A DNA stretch of 64,000 nt from Candidatus Cloacimonadales bacterium (GTDB lineage: Bacteria; Cloacimonadota; Cloacimonadia; Cloacimonadales; JAIOQZ01). The translations under genes were made by a program, and so were the position numbers. Shown one piece after another: positions 10,058 through 20,369 of the stretch. The DNA lies in the NCBI GenBank assembly GCA_963674825.1, contig OY771587.1:32001-96000 (forward strand). The letters run 5' to 3'. Below the pieces are notes generated by a model. It did not search any database and was not told the DNA's origin. It saw nothing but the letters and a program-made list of their open reading frames with translations. Numbering within the stretch: position 1 is the stretch's first letter; each line of letters opens with the position of its first letter.

Positions 10058-11272
10058 ATGAGAACGCTTATCGCATTACTAACCATATTTTTCGTTGTGT
10101 CGCTCAGCGCACAAGACTGGACACCGTTTACTACGGTAGAGGGCAATATTCTTTGCCTGTTCTTCAACCTCGAAAACCCCTACTACACCATGGCTGGAAC
10201 AGATGATGGGCTTTACATCGATCCGGAATTCAACAGCACGTTTCTGGAACTCAATCTGCCAGTCAAAAGCTTCGCACCGATGGACGCTACCCACTGCCTA
10301 TTCATTATGGGCGATGGAAGCTGGTCCGACGGTATTTATGAACTCGATATGGAGAGTCAATACTATGACGTGATGGTCTACTCGCCATGGCCTTATTTCA
10401 TGGAGAAGGACCTCTCAACCGGTATATACTATGCCGGAGCTGAATATGGCCTCTACACATCTGAAGATGGAACAAACTGGGACGCTCCGGGAGACGATGA
10501 AGGTGCTCGGTACGATATCGCTTTTTGGGATACTCATATTGCAATCGCCGGAGAATATTGCATCTACCACTCAGCCGATGGGGGTGAGAACTGGGATACA
10601 TATCCGATCAGTCTTGATATCCGAGCTATAACATACGATCCATCAGGTATTCTGTACGGAGCATTCGGGGATGTATCTGATTCATCCGGATTATGGTCTT
10701 CAACGGATAACGGAGAGAACTGGACTGTCGAATTCTATTCCGAGCATCTCAACACCGTTGACTGGAACTGGAGCGGAGAGATCTTCGTCGGCTGGAATCC
10801 ACCAACCGGAACAGAATCGGAAGGTATCGCGGTATGGTTCCCAGATATCTGGGATCTGGTAAATATTACCAGCGATCTCCCCAACACGAGGATCAATTCG
10901 ATCACAACTCATCCGCTGATCGACTGCGAAAACGTGATTGCTTGCACCGAAGACGGTGCATACATGAACACCTCATGGTTCAATGATACCGAAGAAGTGA
11001 CCGACCCAGAAGCCACACTGCGCCTGACCAACTACCCCAATCCCTTCAACCCCGAGACGACAATCAGCTTCACGCTCGATAAGCCTTCCTTCTGTGAGAT
11101 GAGCATCTACAACGTCCGCGGACAGCGGATCGTAACGCTGGTTCAGGAAAGACTTGAGGCCGGACCACATGCGATCGTATGGGATGGTGATAGTGCGCCT
11201 TCGGGCATGTACCTTTGCCGCCTGAAAACAGATAGCGACGAGGTCGTTCGCAAGCTTGCGATGATTAAGTAG
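10058..11272 (+). CDS. Secreted Asp-box/BNR beta-propeller protein with FlgD-Ig/T9SS-type C-terminal domain
   Basis: Signal peptide; S.D.G..W repeats (SEDGTNW, SADGGENW, STDNGENW); tail NYPNPFNPETTI...RKLAMIK; RBS AAGGAGG. Confidence 0.85.
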   Translation: MRTLIALLTIFFVVSLSAQDWTPFTTVEGNILCLFFNLENPYYTMAGTDDGLYIDPEFNSTFLELNLPVKSFAPMDATHCLFIMGDGSWSDGIYELDMESQYYDVMVYSPWPYFMEKDLSTGIYYAGAEYGLYTSEDGTNWDAPGDDEGARYDIAFWDTHIAIAGEYCIYHSADGGENWDTYPISLDIRAITYDPSGILYGAFGDVSDSSGLWSSTDNGENWTVEFYSEHLNTVDWNWSGEIFVGWNPPTGTESEGIAVWFPDIWDLVNITSDLPNTRINSITTHPLIDCENVIACTEDGAYMNTSWFNDTEEVTDPEATLRLTNYPNPFNPETTISFTLDKPSFCEMSIYNVRGQRIVTLVQERLEAGPHAIVWDGDSAPSGMYLCRLKTDSDEVVRKLAMIK

Positions 11273-11361
11273 ATTAGGTAGTTAACGGTTTTTTGCTGGA
11301 CATGACCCGTGAGGTTTTGCATCATCTGAACGCACAATAAAATTGCGAGGTAAATACAGCT

Positions 11362-11802
11362 ATGTCGAAGCTCTCGGATCATTTCCAGCAAACGCTCCAT
11401 GCCCATCTGTTCACGCCGAAAGAGATGAAGCGATACAATCTCCTGCTCATACCGAAAATCATCGACCGGATGGAGCAGCAGAAGGATTGCCAGGAATGTA
11501 GAGATCATTTGCAGAAAGTACCCGAGCTGGTCGCCATGCTTCACGAAATCCGTAGCGATCGATCAATTCGCAGAAAATTCAGAAAGGTACGCAACATCAT
11601 GGAGCGTCACTTGGCCTCGAAGCATAAAATCGTGCGAAAAGGCTATTACGCAGGCATGTTTATAGCGTTTGGCGTCGCGATGGGAACCAGCTTTATGGCC
11701 GCTCTTGACAGCCCCGCCGGTATCGCGATCGGTATTGGTATTGGCGTTGCCATAGGCAGCAGCCTGGATAAAAAAGCGGAGAAGGAAGGCAGGGTACTGT
11801 AG
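11362..11802 (+). CDS. Hypothetical membrane protein with CxxC and C-terminal Gly-rich TM hairpin (paralog 1)
   Basis: CQEC, HLASKHKIVRKG, GIAIGIGIGVAIG; clear paralog of the next gene. Confidence 0.8.
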   Translation: MSKLSDHFQQTLHAHLFTPKEMKRYNLLLIPKIIDRMEQQKDCQECRDHLQKVPELVAMLHEIRSDRSIRRKFRKVRNIMERHLASKHKIVRKGYYAGMFIAFGVAMGTSFMAALDSPAGIAIGIGIGVAIGSSLDKKAEKEGRVL

Positions 11803-11885
11803 AGACCTACACAAATATTCTCTGGACACACCCCACCCATAGTCATTTACATGTACTCATCATTAGAAAAGAGGATCAAACGACT

Positions 11886-12326
11886 ATGGCGAAGCTCTCC
11901 GATCAATTCACGCAAGCATTGGACAACCACGGCTTCACTCCCAAAGAAATCAAGCGCTACAATTTACTGCTTATGATAAAGATTGTCGATCGAATGGAGC
12001 AGCAATCAGCTTGCTCGGACTGCACAGAGCATCTGCAGAAAGCTTCGGAATTAGTTGAAGCGCTACCCGAAATTCGCACCAGCCGCGAAGTGCGGAAGAA
12101 GTTCGAGAAATACCTCAATGCGATGGAGCAACACCTCGCTTCAAAACACAAGATCGTGCGCAAAGGGCATTACATCGGCGCATACATGATGGGAGGATTT
12201 ACTCTGGGCGCACTTGCTCTGATATTCTTCGATTTGTCTTCGGGTATGGCGATCGGCATGGTTTTGGGGTTGGCAATTGGAGCCGGTGTTGATAAAAAGG
12301 CTGCAAAAGATGGAAAGGTGATTTAA
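11886..12326 (+). CDS. Hypothetical membrane protein with CxxC and C-terminal Gly-rich TM hairpin (paralog 2)
   Basis: CSDC, HLASKHKIVRKG; same length (146 aa) as paralog 1. Confidence 0.8.
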   Translation: MAKLSDQFTQALDNHGFTPKEIKRYNLLLMIKIVDRMEQQSACSDCTEHLQKASELVEALPEIRTSREVRKKFEKYLNAMEQHLASKHKIVRKGHYIGAYMMGGFTLGALALIFFDLSSGMAIGMVLGLAIGAGVDKKAAKDGKVI

Positions 12327-12420
12327 ACTATTGCAAATGCCTGATGTTTGACCTTCGTTCTGTAGGCTGTTCAATTTAAACTCGGAAGAGTTACTCCATA
12401 ACACATTCAGAAGTTGATTG

Positions 12421-12458
12421 AAAAAGCCGGAGAATCTACTTGAGACTCACCGGCTTAA
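12421..12458. terminator. Probable terminator between convergent genes
   Basis: AAGCCGG...CCGGCTT stem with an A-run on the left (U-tract on the minus strand). Confidence 0.55.
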
Positions 12459-12476
12459 TCTATTGCAATTCAATGA

Positions 12477-13676
12477 TTATCTGTTACGATACGCCTCGAG
12501 CGCTTTCTTGAAGATGTTCATCGCTTTGCGAAGGTCGTTTTCGTTCAGGATATAAGCAAGACGGACTTCGTCCTTACCCATTCCCGGTGTCGCGTAGAAG
12601 CCTTCAGCAGGAGCAACCATCACGGTTTCGTTATCGACCGAGAATTCCTTCATCATCCAGATGGTGAAGTCTTCCGCGTCCTCGATGGGCAGCTTGGCAA
12701 TGATATAGAATGCGCCGGCGGGTTTCTTGCAGATCACGCCGTCGATCGTCATCAATTCATCGAAAACGATGTTGCGACGCTTGTCGTATTCCACAAGGAT
12801 CTTCTCGAAGTATTCCTGCTCGATATCGATTGCGGCGTTGGCTGCCAACTGATCGATGGTGGGCGGGCAAAGACGTGCCTGCGCAAACTTGAGCGCGGCT
12901 TTCATAAGTTCCTGGTTCTTGCTGACGATGCAGCCGATACGAGCGCCGCACGCGCTGTAGCGCTTGGAAATACTATCGACCATGATCGCGTGTTGCTCCA
13001 TGTTCGGAATTTCCATGATGCTGGTGTGCTTCTTACCGTCGTAAACAAATTCACGATAGACTTCGTCTGCGATGATATAGAGGTCGTGCTTTTTGACGAT
13101 CGCGCAGAGGCGTTCGATATCCTCACGGCTATATACTGCGCCAGTTGGATTACCCGGATTACAGATCATCAGAGCACGGGTCTTATCGGTGATCTTGGCT
13201 ACAATCGCGTCATCCTTGGGAAGCGCGAAACCGTCTTCCGCATAGGTTGTGAGCGGAACAAGGTTAACGCCGGCCTGGGTCGCGAAGCCATTGTAGTTGG
13301 TGTAGAACGGCTCAGGAACAAGCACCTCGTCGCCAGGATTACAGGTTACCAGCAGCGCGAAAATGATCGCTTCCGATCCCGCGGTGGTGACGATGATTTC
13401 GGTCTTGTCAGTATCATCGAGCATGATATTGTGGCGCTTGTAGTAGCGTACCAGATTCTTACGGTATTCCAGCAGACCCTGGGATGGGCCATACGCCAGA
13501 ACCTTGTCTTCGTAGTTTGCATAGACGTCGAGCATCTCTTTCGGAGTCTCGATGTCGGGTTGTCCGATATTCAGATGATAAACATGGATGCCGGCTTCCT
13601 TCGCAGCAGTAGCATAGGGATAGAGCTTGCGGATGGGAGATTCCTGCACCTGGTGGGCTCGTGTCGATATCTTCAT
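12477..13676 (-). CDS. PLP-dependent class I/II aminotransferase (aspartate aminotransferase-like)
   Basis: LNIGQPD, CNPGNPTG, ADEVYREF, DSISKRYSACGARIG. Confidence 0.93.
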   Translation of the reverse strand: MKISTRAHQVQESPIRKLYPYATAAKEAGIHVYHLNIGQPDIETPKEMLDVYANYEDKVLAYGPSQGLLEYRKNLVRYYKRHNIMLDDTDKTEIIVTTAGSEAIIFALLVTCNPGDEVLVPEPFYTNYNGFATQAGVNLVPLTTYAEDGFALPKDDAIVAKITDKTRALMICNPGNPTGAVYSREDIERLCAIVKKHDLYIIADEVYREFVYDGKKHTSIMEIPNMEQHAIMVDSISKRYSACGARIGCIVSKNQELMKAALKFAQARLCPPTIDQLAANAAIDIEQEYFEKILVEYDKRRNIVFDELMTIDGVICKKPAGAFYIIAKLPIEDAEDFTIWMMKEFSVDNETVMVAPAEGFYATPGMGKDEVRLAYILNENDLRKAMNIFKKALEAYRNR

Positions 13677-13701
13677 AACACACCTCGCTAATAGTATGAT
13701 C

Positions 13702-14367
13702 TTATTCAGGCAGGTTTTTAAAGCGGTTGATTCTTGTCAACTCCAGCATTGCGCTTTGTACAAGATTATATTTCGAGCTGATCTCTTCTTTGGTTTCGAT
13801 GTAGATCGGATCGCCGTACCGGATGCGGATTCGGGCGAACGGTTTGGGCAATCGGAACCGGTCCCACGATTTGAATTCGATGACGCGATCGACATCAATA
13901 GCCATCGGGACAAGCGGGAGCTGCGTATAGTACGCGAGGAAAAGCGCACCTTCTTTCACCTGGTGTGCTGGGCCTTTGGGACCATCGGTTACGATCAGAA
14001 CCGAGCGTTCCTTCGCAGTACGAATGATTTGCTTCGCAGCCTTCATCCCACCGCGTGCGGCTGAGCCGCGAATCGCCTTGAAGCCCATCATCTCAGCTGG
14101 TCCGATTACATAATCCCCATCTTTGGAAAGAGAGACGAGAAACGCCATGCCTTCGAATTTCCGGCTGATCATCATCAGGATATTTTGATGCCAGAGCAGG
14201 TAAAGGGTATGCAGGTCTTTATCTTCGTTGATGCGTTCAATGCGCCATGTAAGGCTGTAAAGGTAGAGTAGAAGCGTGCCGAGATATTTCGCGATCAGCG
14301 ACAAAGTGGCATGAACGAAGCGGCTCTTGAAGAACCGCCGCAGCGGCCCTTTCTTCTTACGGGACAT
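13702..14367 (-). CDS. DUF374 family acyltransferase (LpxJ-like)
   Basis: WHQ, VSLSKDGD, IRGS..RGG, TDGPKGP, SWDRFRLPKPF; overlaps the end of lpxB. Confidence 0.85.
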   Translation of the reverse strand: MSRKKKGPLRRFFKSRFVHATLSLIAKYLGTLLLYLYSLTWRIERINEDKDLHTLYLLWHQNILMMISRKFEGMAFLVSLSKDGDYVIGPAEMMGFKAIRGSAARGGMKAAKQIIRTAKERSVLIVTDGPKGPAHQVKEGALFLAYYTQLPLVPMAIDVDRVIEFKSWDRFRLPKPFARIRIRYGDPIYIETKEEISSKYNLVQSAMLELTRINRFKNLPE

Positions 14368-15526
14368 CGATCCAGCTCGGATCCTGCAATAGTTTGAGGG
14401 CGATATGGGCTGTCTCGACAGACGCTTCCTTCTCGCCCAGCAGTTTATGGATCTCTCGAAGTCGGCCTCTCATTTCGTTGTAGAGCGATTCGTCGGTCAT
14501 ATAGCGTTTGATTGTTTCGGAGATCGTCTTGCCATTTACATCTTTTTGCAACAGCTCGGGGACGACATCGTCTTCGAGGATGATGTTCGGCAGGCCGATG
14601 CGCTTGATCTTGACCAGGCGCTTTCCGAGTTCGTAGGAAAGCCAGCTTGTCTTATATACAATAATGAATGGTGTACCGATAAACGCGGTTTCAATCGTCG
14701 CAGTACCGGATGTCACCACCAGAAAATCACAATGCGCCATCAACGAGTAGTTGCCCTTTTCGATCAGACGGAAATTGCGAAGGCTCGATTGCTTGGCCAT
14801 ATGCATGTATGTCTCGGTCGGAATATTGCTGGTGGTCGAGACGAGGAACTCGTATTCGTTGGGATCGAGACGCTTTATCGCCTGTAGAAACGGTGGGAGC
14901 ATCTTGTTGACCTCGATCTCACGGCTACCGGGAAAGAATCCCAGCCACTTTTTATTGAGGTCGAGGTTATGAGCTCGAGCGAATTGCTCACGAGTATTGT
15001 CGATAGATATCTCTTCCGCAATGGGATGCCCGACATAGGTGCAGTTGACCCGGTGAATATCCAGCAATTCCTTCTCGAAGGGCAAGATCACCGCGACATG
15101 CCGCGTATAGTCTTTGAGTTGATGCACACGTTTGTGTTTCCAGGCCCAGAACTGAGGGCTGATGTAGTAGAGCACCGGGATTCCGAGATTGTCGGCCATT
15201 TTGGCAATGCGCATGTTGAAGCCGGGGTAATCGACCAGCACAACCAAATCAGGTGCGCTTTTTTCAAACTCCTGCTTGATGCGTTTTTCGACCTTCATGA
15301 AGAACTTGAGGTGTTTGACTACTTCCACGAACCCCATCACCGCGAAACGATTAAACGGGAAGAGGGTCTTGAGTCCCTGTTTTTGCATAAGGGGACCGCC
15401 GATACCCACATGGTAGTATTCGTATAACGATTCCTTCATTGCCTTCATGACATTGGATGCATGAAGGTCGCCCGATCGCTCACCGGCAATCCAGAAGATT
15501 TTTTTCTTATCGACTTCGATTGTCAT
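14357..15526 (-). CDS. lpxB: Lipid-A-disaccharide synthase
   Basis: AGERSGDLH, VMGFVEV, VDYPGFN, SPQFWAW, VGHP, FPGSR.E, SGTAT.E. Confidence 0.96.
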   Translation of the reverse strand: MTIEVDKKKIFWIAGERSGDLHASNVMKAMKESLYEYYHVGIGGPLMQKQGLKTLFPFNRFAVMGFVEVVKHLKFFMKVEKRIKQEFEKSAPDLVVLVDYPGFNMRIAKMADNLGIPVLYYISPQFWAWKHKRVHQLKDYTRHVAVILPFEKELLDIHRVNCTYVGHPIAEEISIDNTREQFARAHNLDLNKKWLGFFPGSREIEVNKMLPPFLQAIKRLDPNEYEFLVSTTSNIPTETYMHMAKQSSLRNFRLIEKGNYSLMAHCDFLVVTSGTATIETAFIGTPFIIVYKTSWLSYELGKRLVKIKRIGLPNIILEDDVVPELLQKDVNGKTISETIKRYMTDESLYNEMRGRLREIHKLLGEKEASVETAHIALKLLQDPSWIDVP

Positions 15527-15644
15527 GATGTGAACATGAAAACCATTAGCAAAATTGTCCAGAAAAATCGGTGTTCAAAAGTCCTTGACGTAATCACGCT
15601 GTAATGCAGGTTTCATAATACCGATGACGGATAAGGGGAATTGA

Positions 15645-18584
15645 ATGATCGACAGGCAATTGATCGACTTCTACACACGTTTCAAGTTCGGCGAAGACAA
15701 CTTCCACAACCTCATGCAGAAGCGCGTGAGCAATGTCCTGTTGGTTGCCAGCTACTACGACGCTTATATTCTGGAACAAGATGGCCGGTTATCGGAACAG
15801 ATCGTTGGCGAATACCGGCAACTCGACCTCAGCATGAGTCCCATGATCACGACCATGATGCTTGACGACGACATCATTTCGGCTGTTCTGGATGGTGATT
15901 TCGACATGGTCGTTTTCATGATGCGTCTGGACAGTCGTCGAATCTTCGATCTCACGAGTATAATCAAACAGCATATACCGGATCTGCCTGTTGTTCTGTT
16001 GCTCAACCGCTATTCCTATAACATCGCGCTGTTCCGTCGGCCCGACCTCAATATGTTCCACGACCTCTTCCTTTGGATGGGAGACGCCCGTCTTTTCGTG
16101 GCGATTATCAAGTCGATCGAGGACATGCGAAACGCGCAATATGACACTACCAACGGCAACGTACGCGTCGTATTGTTAGTGGAAAATACCGTCTATCAGA
16201 CATCCAAAGTGCTGCCGATCCTCTATTCGATGATCATGGAGCAGACCCAGGAATTGATTAAATCCGAACTCAACGACGTCAACAAGAGGCTCTTGATGCG
16301 CACCCGTCCCAAGGTGCTACTCGCTCATACTTACGACGATGCGATCAGGCTTTACGAGCAATACAAAGACTATCTGCTTTGCGTGATCTCCAACGTAAAC
16401 ATGCGTCACGCAGGTAAGTACGATGCGAATGCTGGTATCAAGTTGCTACGTAAAATCCGTAGCGAATCAACTAACTTACCCCTTCTGATGATGTCCGTTG
16501 ACCGCGCCAACCGCGAGTATGCGGACCAGGTGCAGGCTGCTTTCATTGACAAGAGTTCTCAGCGCTTCAACGTGAAGCTCAAGCGCTTTATCGAGCATTA
16601 CCTCGGGTTCGGCCCGTTCATCTTCCGCTATCCGGATTCCACCATCATCACACGGGCGCACAGCCTGCCGGAATTCCAGCAGCGGCTTCACGACATCCCT
16701 GACGAATCGCTGATCTATCATTCACAGCAAAACGACTTCTCCACCTGGCTTACCGCGCACGGTTTTTATCACGTAGCGCAGGAGATCCGCAGCATCACCG
16801 TCGATGATTTCGCATCGGTGAACGAGCTCCGGGCTCACCTCATCAACATCTTCGACGATATCCGCCACAAGCGCAATCGTGGTAAGGTCATCAACTTCGA
16901 CGAAGAAAGCCTCGACGAGCAGGATCGAATTCTGCTGCTTTCCACCGGATCCCTCGGTGGTAAAGGGCGTGGCCTGGCATTCTTGAATGCGCTTCTGACT
17001 ACACTCGACCTTGAGAAAGATTTCCCGGGGATCAAGGTGAAAGTACCGCGTACCGTGATAATCGGAACCGACGAATTCGACTGGTTTGTGGAACACAACC
17101 ATATCCATCAGGAAGCGCTGAATTGTGCCAGTGAAGACGTCACCGGCTTCTTCATGAGAGGAAGCCTCAGTCCGCAAATGATGCAGCGACTAACCATCTT
17201 TCTCAAGCACGCGCGCTACCCGTTGGCCGTGAGATCCTCCGGACTTCTCGAGGACTCGCAGTCGCAGCCATTCGCCGGTATTTACGATACATACATGCTG
17301 CCCAACAACCATCCCGACGACAGTGTCCGACTCAAGCACCTCGCGGATGCCATCAGAATGGTTTTCTCTTCTCCATTCCAGAAAGATGCACGCAACTACA
17401 TCGAGAGCATCAGTTACAAGCTCCAGGAAGAAAAGATGGCCGTGGTTATCCAGGAGATTGCCGGAAAGGAATATATTGAAAGAAACCACTTCCCTCTACT
17501 TTCCGGTGTAGCGCAGTCACACAACTTCTATCCTGTTTATACCGAACCGGAGGACGGCGTGGCACATATTGCGGTGGGACTGGGAAAGATCGTGGTCGAA
17601 GGCGAAAAGAGCTTCCAGTACTCACCCGGAAAGCCCAACATCGATATCCTCAAGATCGAGGATGTAGTCGAGAGCAATCAGGATAACTTCTATGCACTCG
17701 ACCTCTCAGACTCCGATTTCGACATCTCAATTGGCGAAGACGTCACAATGAACCGTATCTCGATCACCTCCAAGCTCAAGGAAAGCGTATTCCTCCCTGT
17801 CACATCCGTTTACGACTACGAACGCAAGCAGTTCCTGGATGGCAAATACGCGCAAGGGCCACGCGTGATCACCTATCGCAACCCCATCCGTTACGGTAAT
17901 TTCCCGCTGTCTTCCATCCTGAGCCGGGTACTTGACCTCGGCGAAGCAGCGCTGGGCGTGCCGGTGGAGATCGAGTTCGCCGTTGATCTCGAACCCGCCA
18001 CCTTCACCCTCTTGCAGATCCGTCCGCTCTTCGTGCAGCAGGACACAATCGATATCGACTTGAACCATCTCGACCGGGAAGGATTGCTGCTGCTCTCCAC
18101 GCGCTCGCTCGGAAATGGCGTCATCAATGATCTGCACGATATCGTTTACCTCCGCAACGACCGGTTCGACGTCACCAAAACCGTCGAGATGAAGGACGAG
18201 CTGGAAGCAATCAACCGCATGATGAAGGAGCAGGATCGGCAGTACATCCTGATTGGGCCGGGCAGATGGGGTTCCCGCGACCGCTTTCTGGGCATCCCCA
18301 TCAAGTGGACGCATATCGACATGGCGAAGGTCATCGTCGAGGCCGGTCTTCCCCACTTTCAGGTGGAGGCATCGCAGGGAAGCCACTTCTTCCATAACCT
18401 CGTCGCGCTCAACATCGGCTACTTCAACGTTCCCCACGAAACCGACGACAGTTTCATCGACTGGCACTCGCTCGAAAACAGCCCCGTCGAGCAGGAATGG
18501 CACTATTTCCGGCTTGTCCACCGCGAAAAACCGCTCAAAGTAACGATGGACGGTAAAAAACGCCTTGCGATCGTGACAATGTGA
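15645..18584 (+). CDS. Receiver-like domains fused to a PPDK/PEP-synthase nucleotide-binding domain
   Basis: GSLGGKGRGLAF, PLAVRSSGLLEDS, PFAGIYDTYMLPN, EEKMAVVIQE, LIGPGRWGSRD, SQGSHFFHN; N-terminal receiver-like segments. Confidence 0.85.
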   Translation: MIDRQLIDFYTRFKFGEDNFHNLMQKRVSNVLLVASYYDAYILEQDGRLSEQIVGEYRQLDLSMSPMITTMMLDDDIISAVLDGDFDMVVFMMRLDSRRIFDLTSIIKQHIPDLPVVLLLNRYSYNIALFRRPDLNMFHDLFLWMGDARLFVAIIKSIEDMRNAQYDTTNGNVRVVLLVENTVYQTSKVLPILYSMIMEQTQELIKSELNDVNKRLLMRTRPKVLLAHTYDDAIRLYEQYKDYLLCVISNVNMRHAGKYDANAGIKLLRKIRSESTNLPLLMMSVDRANREYADQVQAAFIDKSSQRFNVKLKRFIEHYLGFGPFIFRYPDSTIITRAHSLPEFQQRLHDIPDESLIYHSQQNDFSTWLTAHGFYHVAQEIRSITVDDFASVNELRAHLINIFDDIRHKRNRGKVINFDEESLDEQDRILLLSTGSLGGKGRGLAFLNALLTTLDLEKDFPGIKVKVPRTVIIGTDEFDWFVEHNHIHQEALNCASEDVTGFFMRGSLSPQMMQRLTIFLKHARYPLAVRSSGLLEDSQSQPFAGIYDTYMLPNNHPDDSVRLKHLADAIRMVFSSPFQKDARNYIESISYKLQEEKMAVVIQEIAGKEYIERNHFPLLSGVAQSHNFYPVYTEPEDGVAHIAVGLGKIVVEGEKSFQYSPGKPNIDILKIEDVVESNQDNFYALDLSDSDFDISIGEDVTMNRISITSKLKESVFLPVTSVYDYERKQFLDGKYAQGPRVITYRNPIRYGNFPLSSILSRVLDLGEAALGVPVEIEFAVDLEPATFTLLQIRPLFVQQDTIDIDLNHLDREGLLLLSTRSLGNGVINDLHDIVYLRNDRFDVTKTVEMKDELEAINRMMKEQDRQYILIGPGRWGSRDRFLGIPIKWTHIDMAKVIVEAGLPHFQVEASQGSHFFHNLVALNIGYFNVPHETDDSFIDWHSLENSPVEQEWHYFRLVHREKPLKVTMDGKKRLAIVTM

Positions 18585-18649
18585 AGATATTCGCTGACAT
18601 CGAATTTTGCGTTAAAAAGGTTGAAATATTCTTCACTGCTGGAGGTACT

Positions 18650-20302
18650 ATGCGTACTGTTCACATTTGCATTTTTCTGTTTGTTATATCTTGCATGGGG
18701 TTTGCTGATGCGCCGACATGGATCTGGGGACAAAGCATTGGAAGTGCCGGCACCGAATACGGTCTATCAATGGTTGATCAGAACGGTAGCGTCATTGTCT
18801 GCGGATCTTTTGAAGGTTCCTTACAATGTGGCGATTTCACATTAAACGGAAATGATGGTCTGACATTCTACGTCGCAAAATTCGACGCGAACGAGCAAAA
18901 CTCATGGGCTATAAATACCGGGGGTTGTGGTGACCAGTATTTGAATTATTTAACACTTGATGGAGATGGAAATATCTACCTTTTGGGAGGATTCGAGAAC
19001 ACCATCGTATGTGGTGAGACGACCTTATCAGCAATCGGTGGCGAGGATATCGTCGTTGCCAAGATCGATACAGATGGAAATTGGCTTTGGGCAGTAAGGG
19101 CAGGTGGGTGGAATTGGGATTATCCTCAAGGTGCAGATGTTGATCAGAATGGTGATGTCTACATTACAGGCAAGTATGAAGGTCTGGCAACATTCGGTCA
19201 AATACAGATACAATCCTTCGGCGAGAATGATTTATTCGTGGCTAAAATCAGTTCCGATGGAGAATGGATATGGGCAAACGGTGCTGGTGGTGAAGATGAT
19301 GACAGGGGTCTACGCATTGCGGTTGACAGCCAGAACAATAGCTTCATTACAGGCCATTTTTCCAACCAGGCAACATTTGACGATATTACAATGAATTCGG
19401 GGACCGCCAACTCGGCGTTCTGTGCACAAATCAGCCCGGATGGAGATTTCATATGGGTTAAACAATTAGGAGTTATCTGGGGTGAATATGGTGTATGGTA
19501 TCCAATCGAAGTTGATCATACCGGAAATCCAATCATTGCAATAGGATTTTCCCAGACAGCGGAGATTGGAGATATCACATATATAAGTGCTGGTGGACTC
19601 GATACCTGTATTGCAAAATACAACACAGATGGTGATGTGCTATGGTCGAAGCAACTTGGTGGATTGGGGGATGACAATCTCTTTTCGATTGCAGTCGATC
19701 CTGATGATAATATCTGTAGTACCGGCTATTTTGGTTTCTCCTTGATCCTCGGTGAAACCGAGTTATCCACGAATGGTGGGTCGGATATTATTCTTTCGGA
19801 ATTGTCGCCTGACGGAGAGTGGTTATGGGCTTCGTCGTACGGAAATGTCGGTGATGATGCCGGATACTTCTTACATAACTACAGTAATGACATGTTCTAT
19901 CTCAGTGGTATATTTACTGGCAGTATCACATTGGGAGAGATAACATTGCCAGGATATGGAGGTATAGATGCTTTCATTGCGAAGGGCGATGCTTCAACAG
20001 GAATAACAGATCAAACCTCGAAGCCTAATTGTGGCTTGTTGTGGAATTCCCCCAATCCGTTCAACCCGGAGACCACCATCAGCTATTCGCTCGCGAGTTC
20101 GAGCGAGGTGACGCTGAGCATCTACAACATCCGCGGCGAGAAGGTGACTACGCTCTACAACGGCTGGCAGAACGCTGGCGAACACAGCCAGGTGTGGAAC
20201 GGTCACGACGCCAATGGAAGACCCGTCGCCAGCGGCGTGTACTTCAGCAGATTGCAGTCTGAGAACAAAACAGCCGTCAGGAAAATGCTGCTGCTGAAAT
20301 AG
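18650..20302 (+). CDS. Secreted SBBP-repeat beta-propeller protein with FlgD-Ig/T9SS-type C-terminal domain
   Basis: GGAGGT RBS before ATG 18650; repeats D.FVAK.D.DG.W.WA...GG; tail PNPFNPETTI...RKMLLLK. Confidence 0.88.
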   Translation: MRTVHICIFLFVISCMGFADAPTWIWGQSIGSAGTEYGLSMVDQNGSVIVCGSFEGSLQCGDFTLNGNDGLTFYVAKFDANEQNSWAINTGGCGDQYLNYLTLDGDGNIYLLGGFENTIVCGETTLSAIGGEDIVVAKIDTDGNWLWAVRAGGWNWDYPQGADVDQNGDVYITGKYEGLATFGQIQIQSFGENDLFVAKISSDGEWIWANGAGGEDDDRGLRIAVDSQNNSFITGHFSNQATFDDITMNSGTANSAFCAQISPDGDFIWVKQLGVIWGEYGVWYPIEVDHTGNPIIAIGFSQTAEIGDITYISAGGLDTCIAKYNTDGDVLWSKQLGGLGDDNLFSIAVDPDDNICSTGYFGFSLILGETELSTNGGSDIILSELSPDGEWLWASSYGNVGDDAGYFLHNYSNDMFYLSGIFTGSITLGEITLPGYGGIDAFIAKGDASTGITDQTSKPNCGLLWNSPNPFNPETTISYSLASSSEVTLSIYNIRGEKVTTLYNGWQNAGEHSQVWNGHDANGRPVASGVYFSRLQSENKTAVRKMLLLK

Positions 20303-20339
20303 CAGCCTCGATATAATTCTCGAAGCTACGACACATTAT

Positions 20340-20369
20340 GCCCAGTGCGCAAGCGCTGGGTTTCTCTTT
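20340..20369 (+). terminator. Intrinsic terminator
   Basis: CCCAGTGC-gcaa-GCGCTGGG followed by tttctcttt. Confidence 0.65.
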
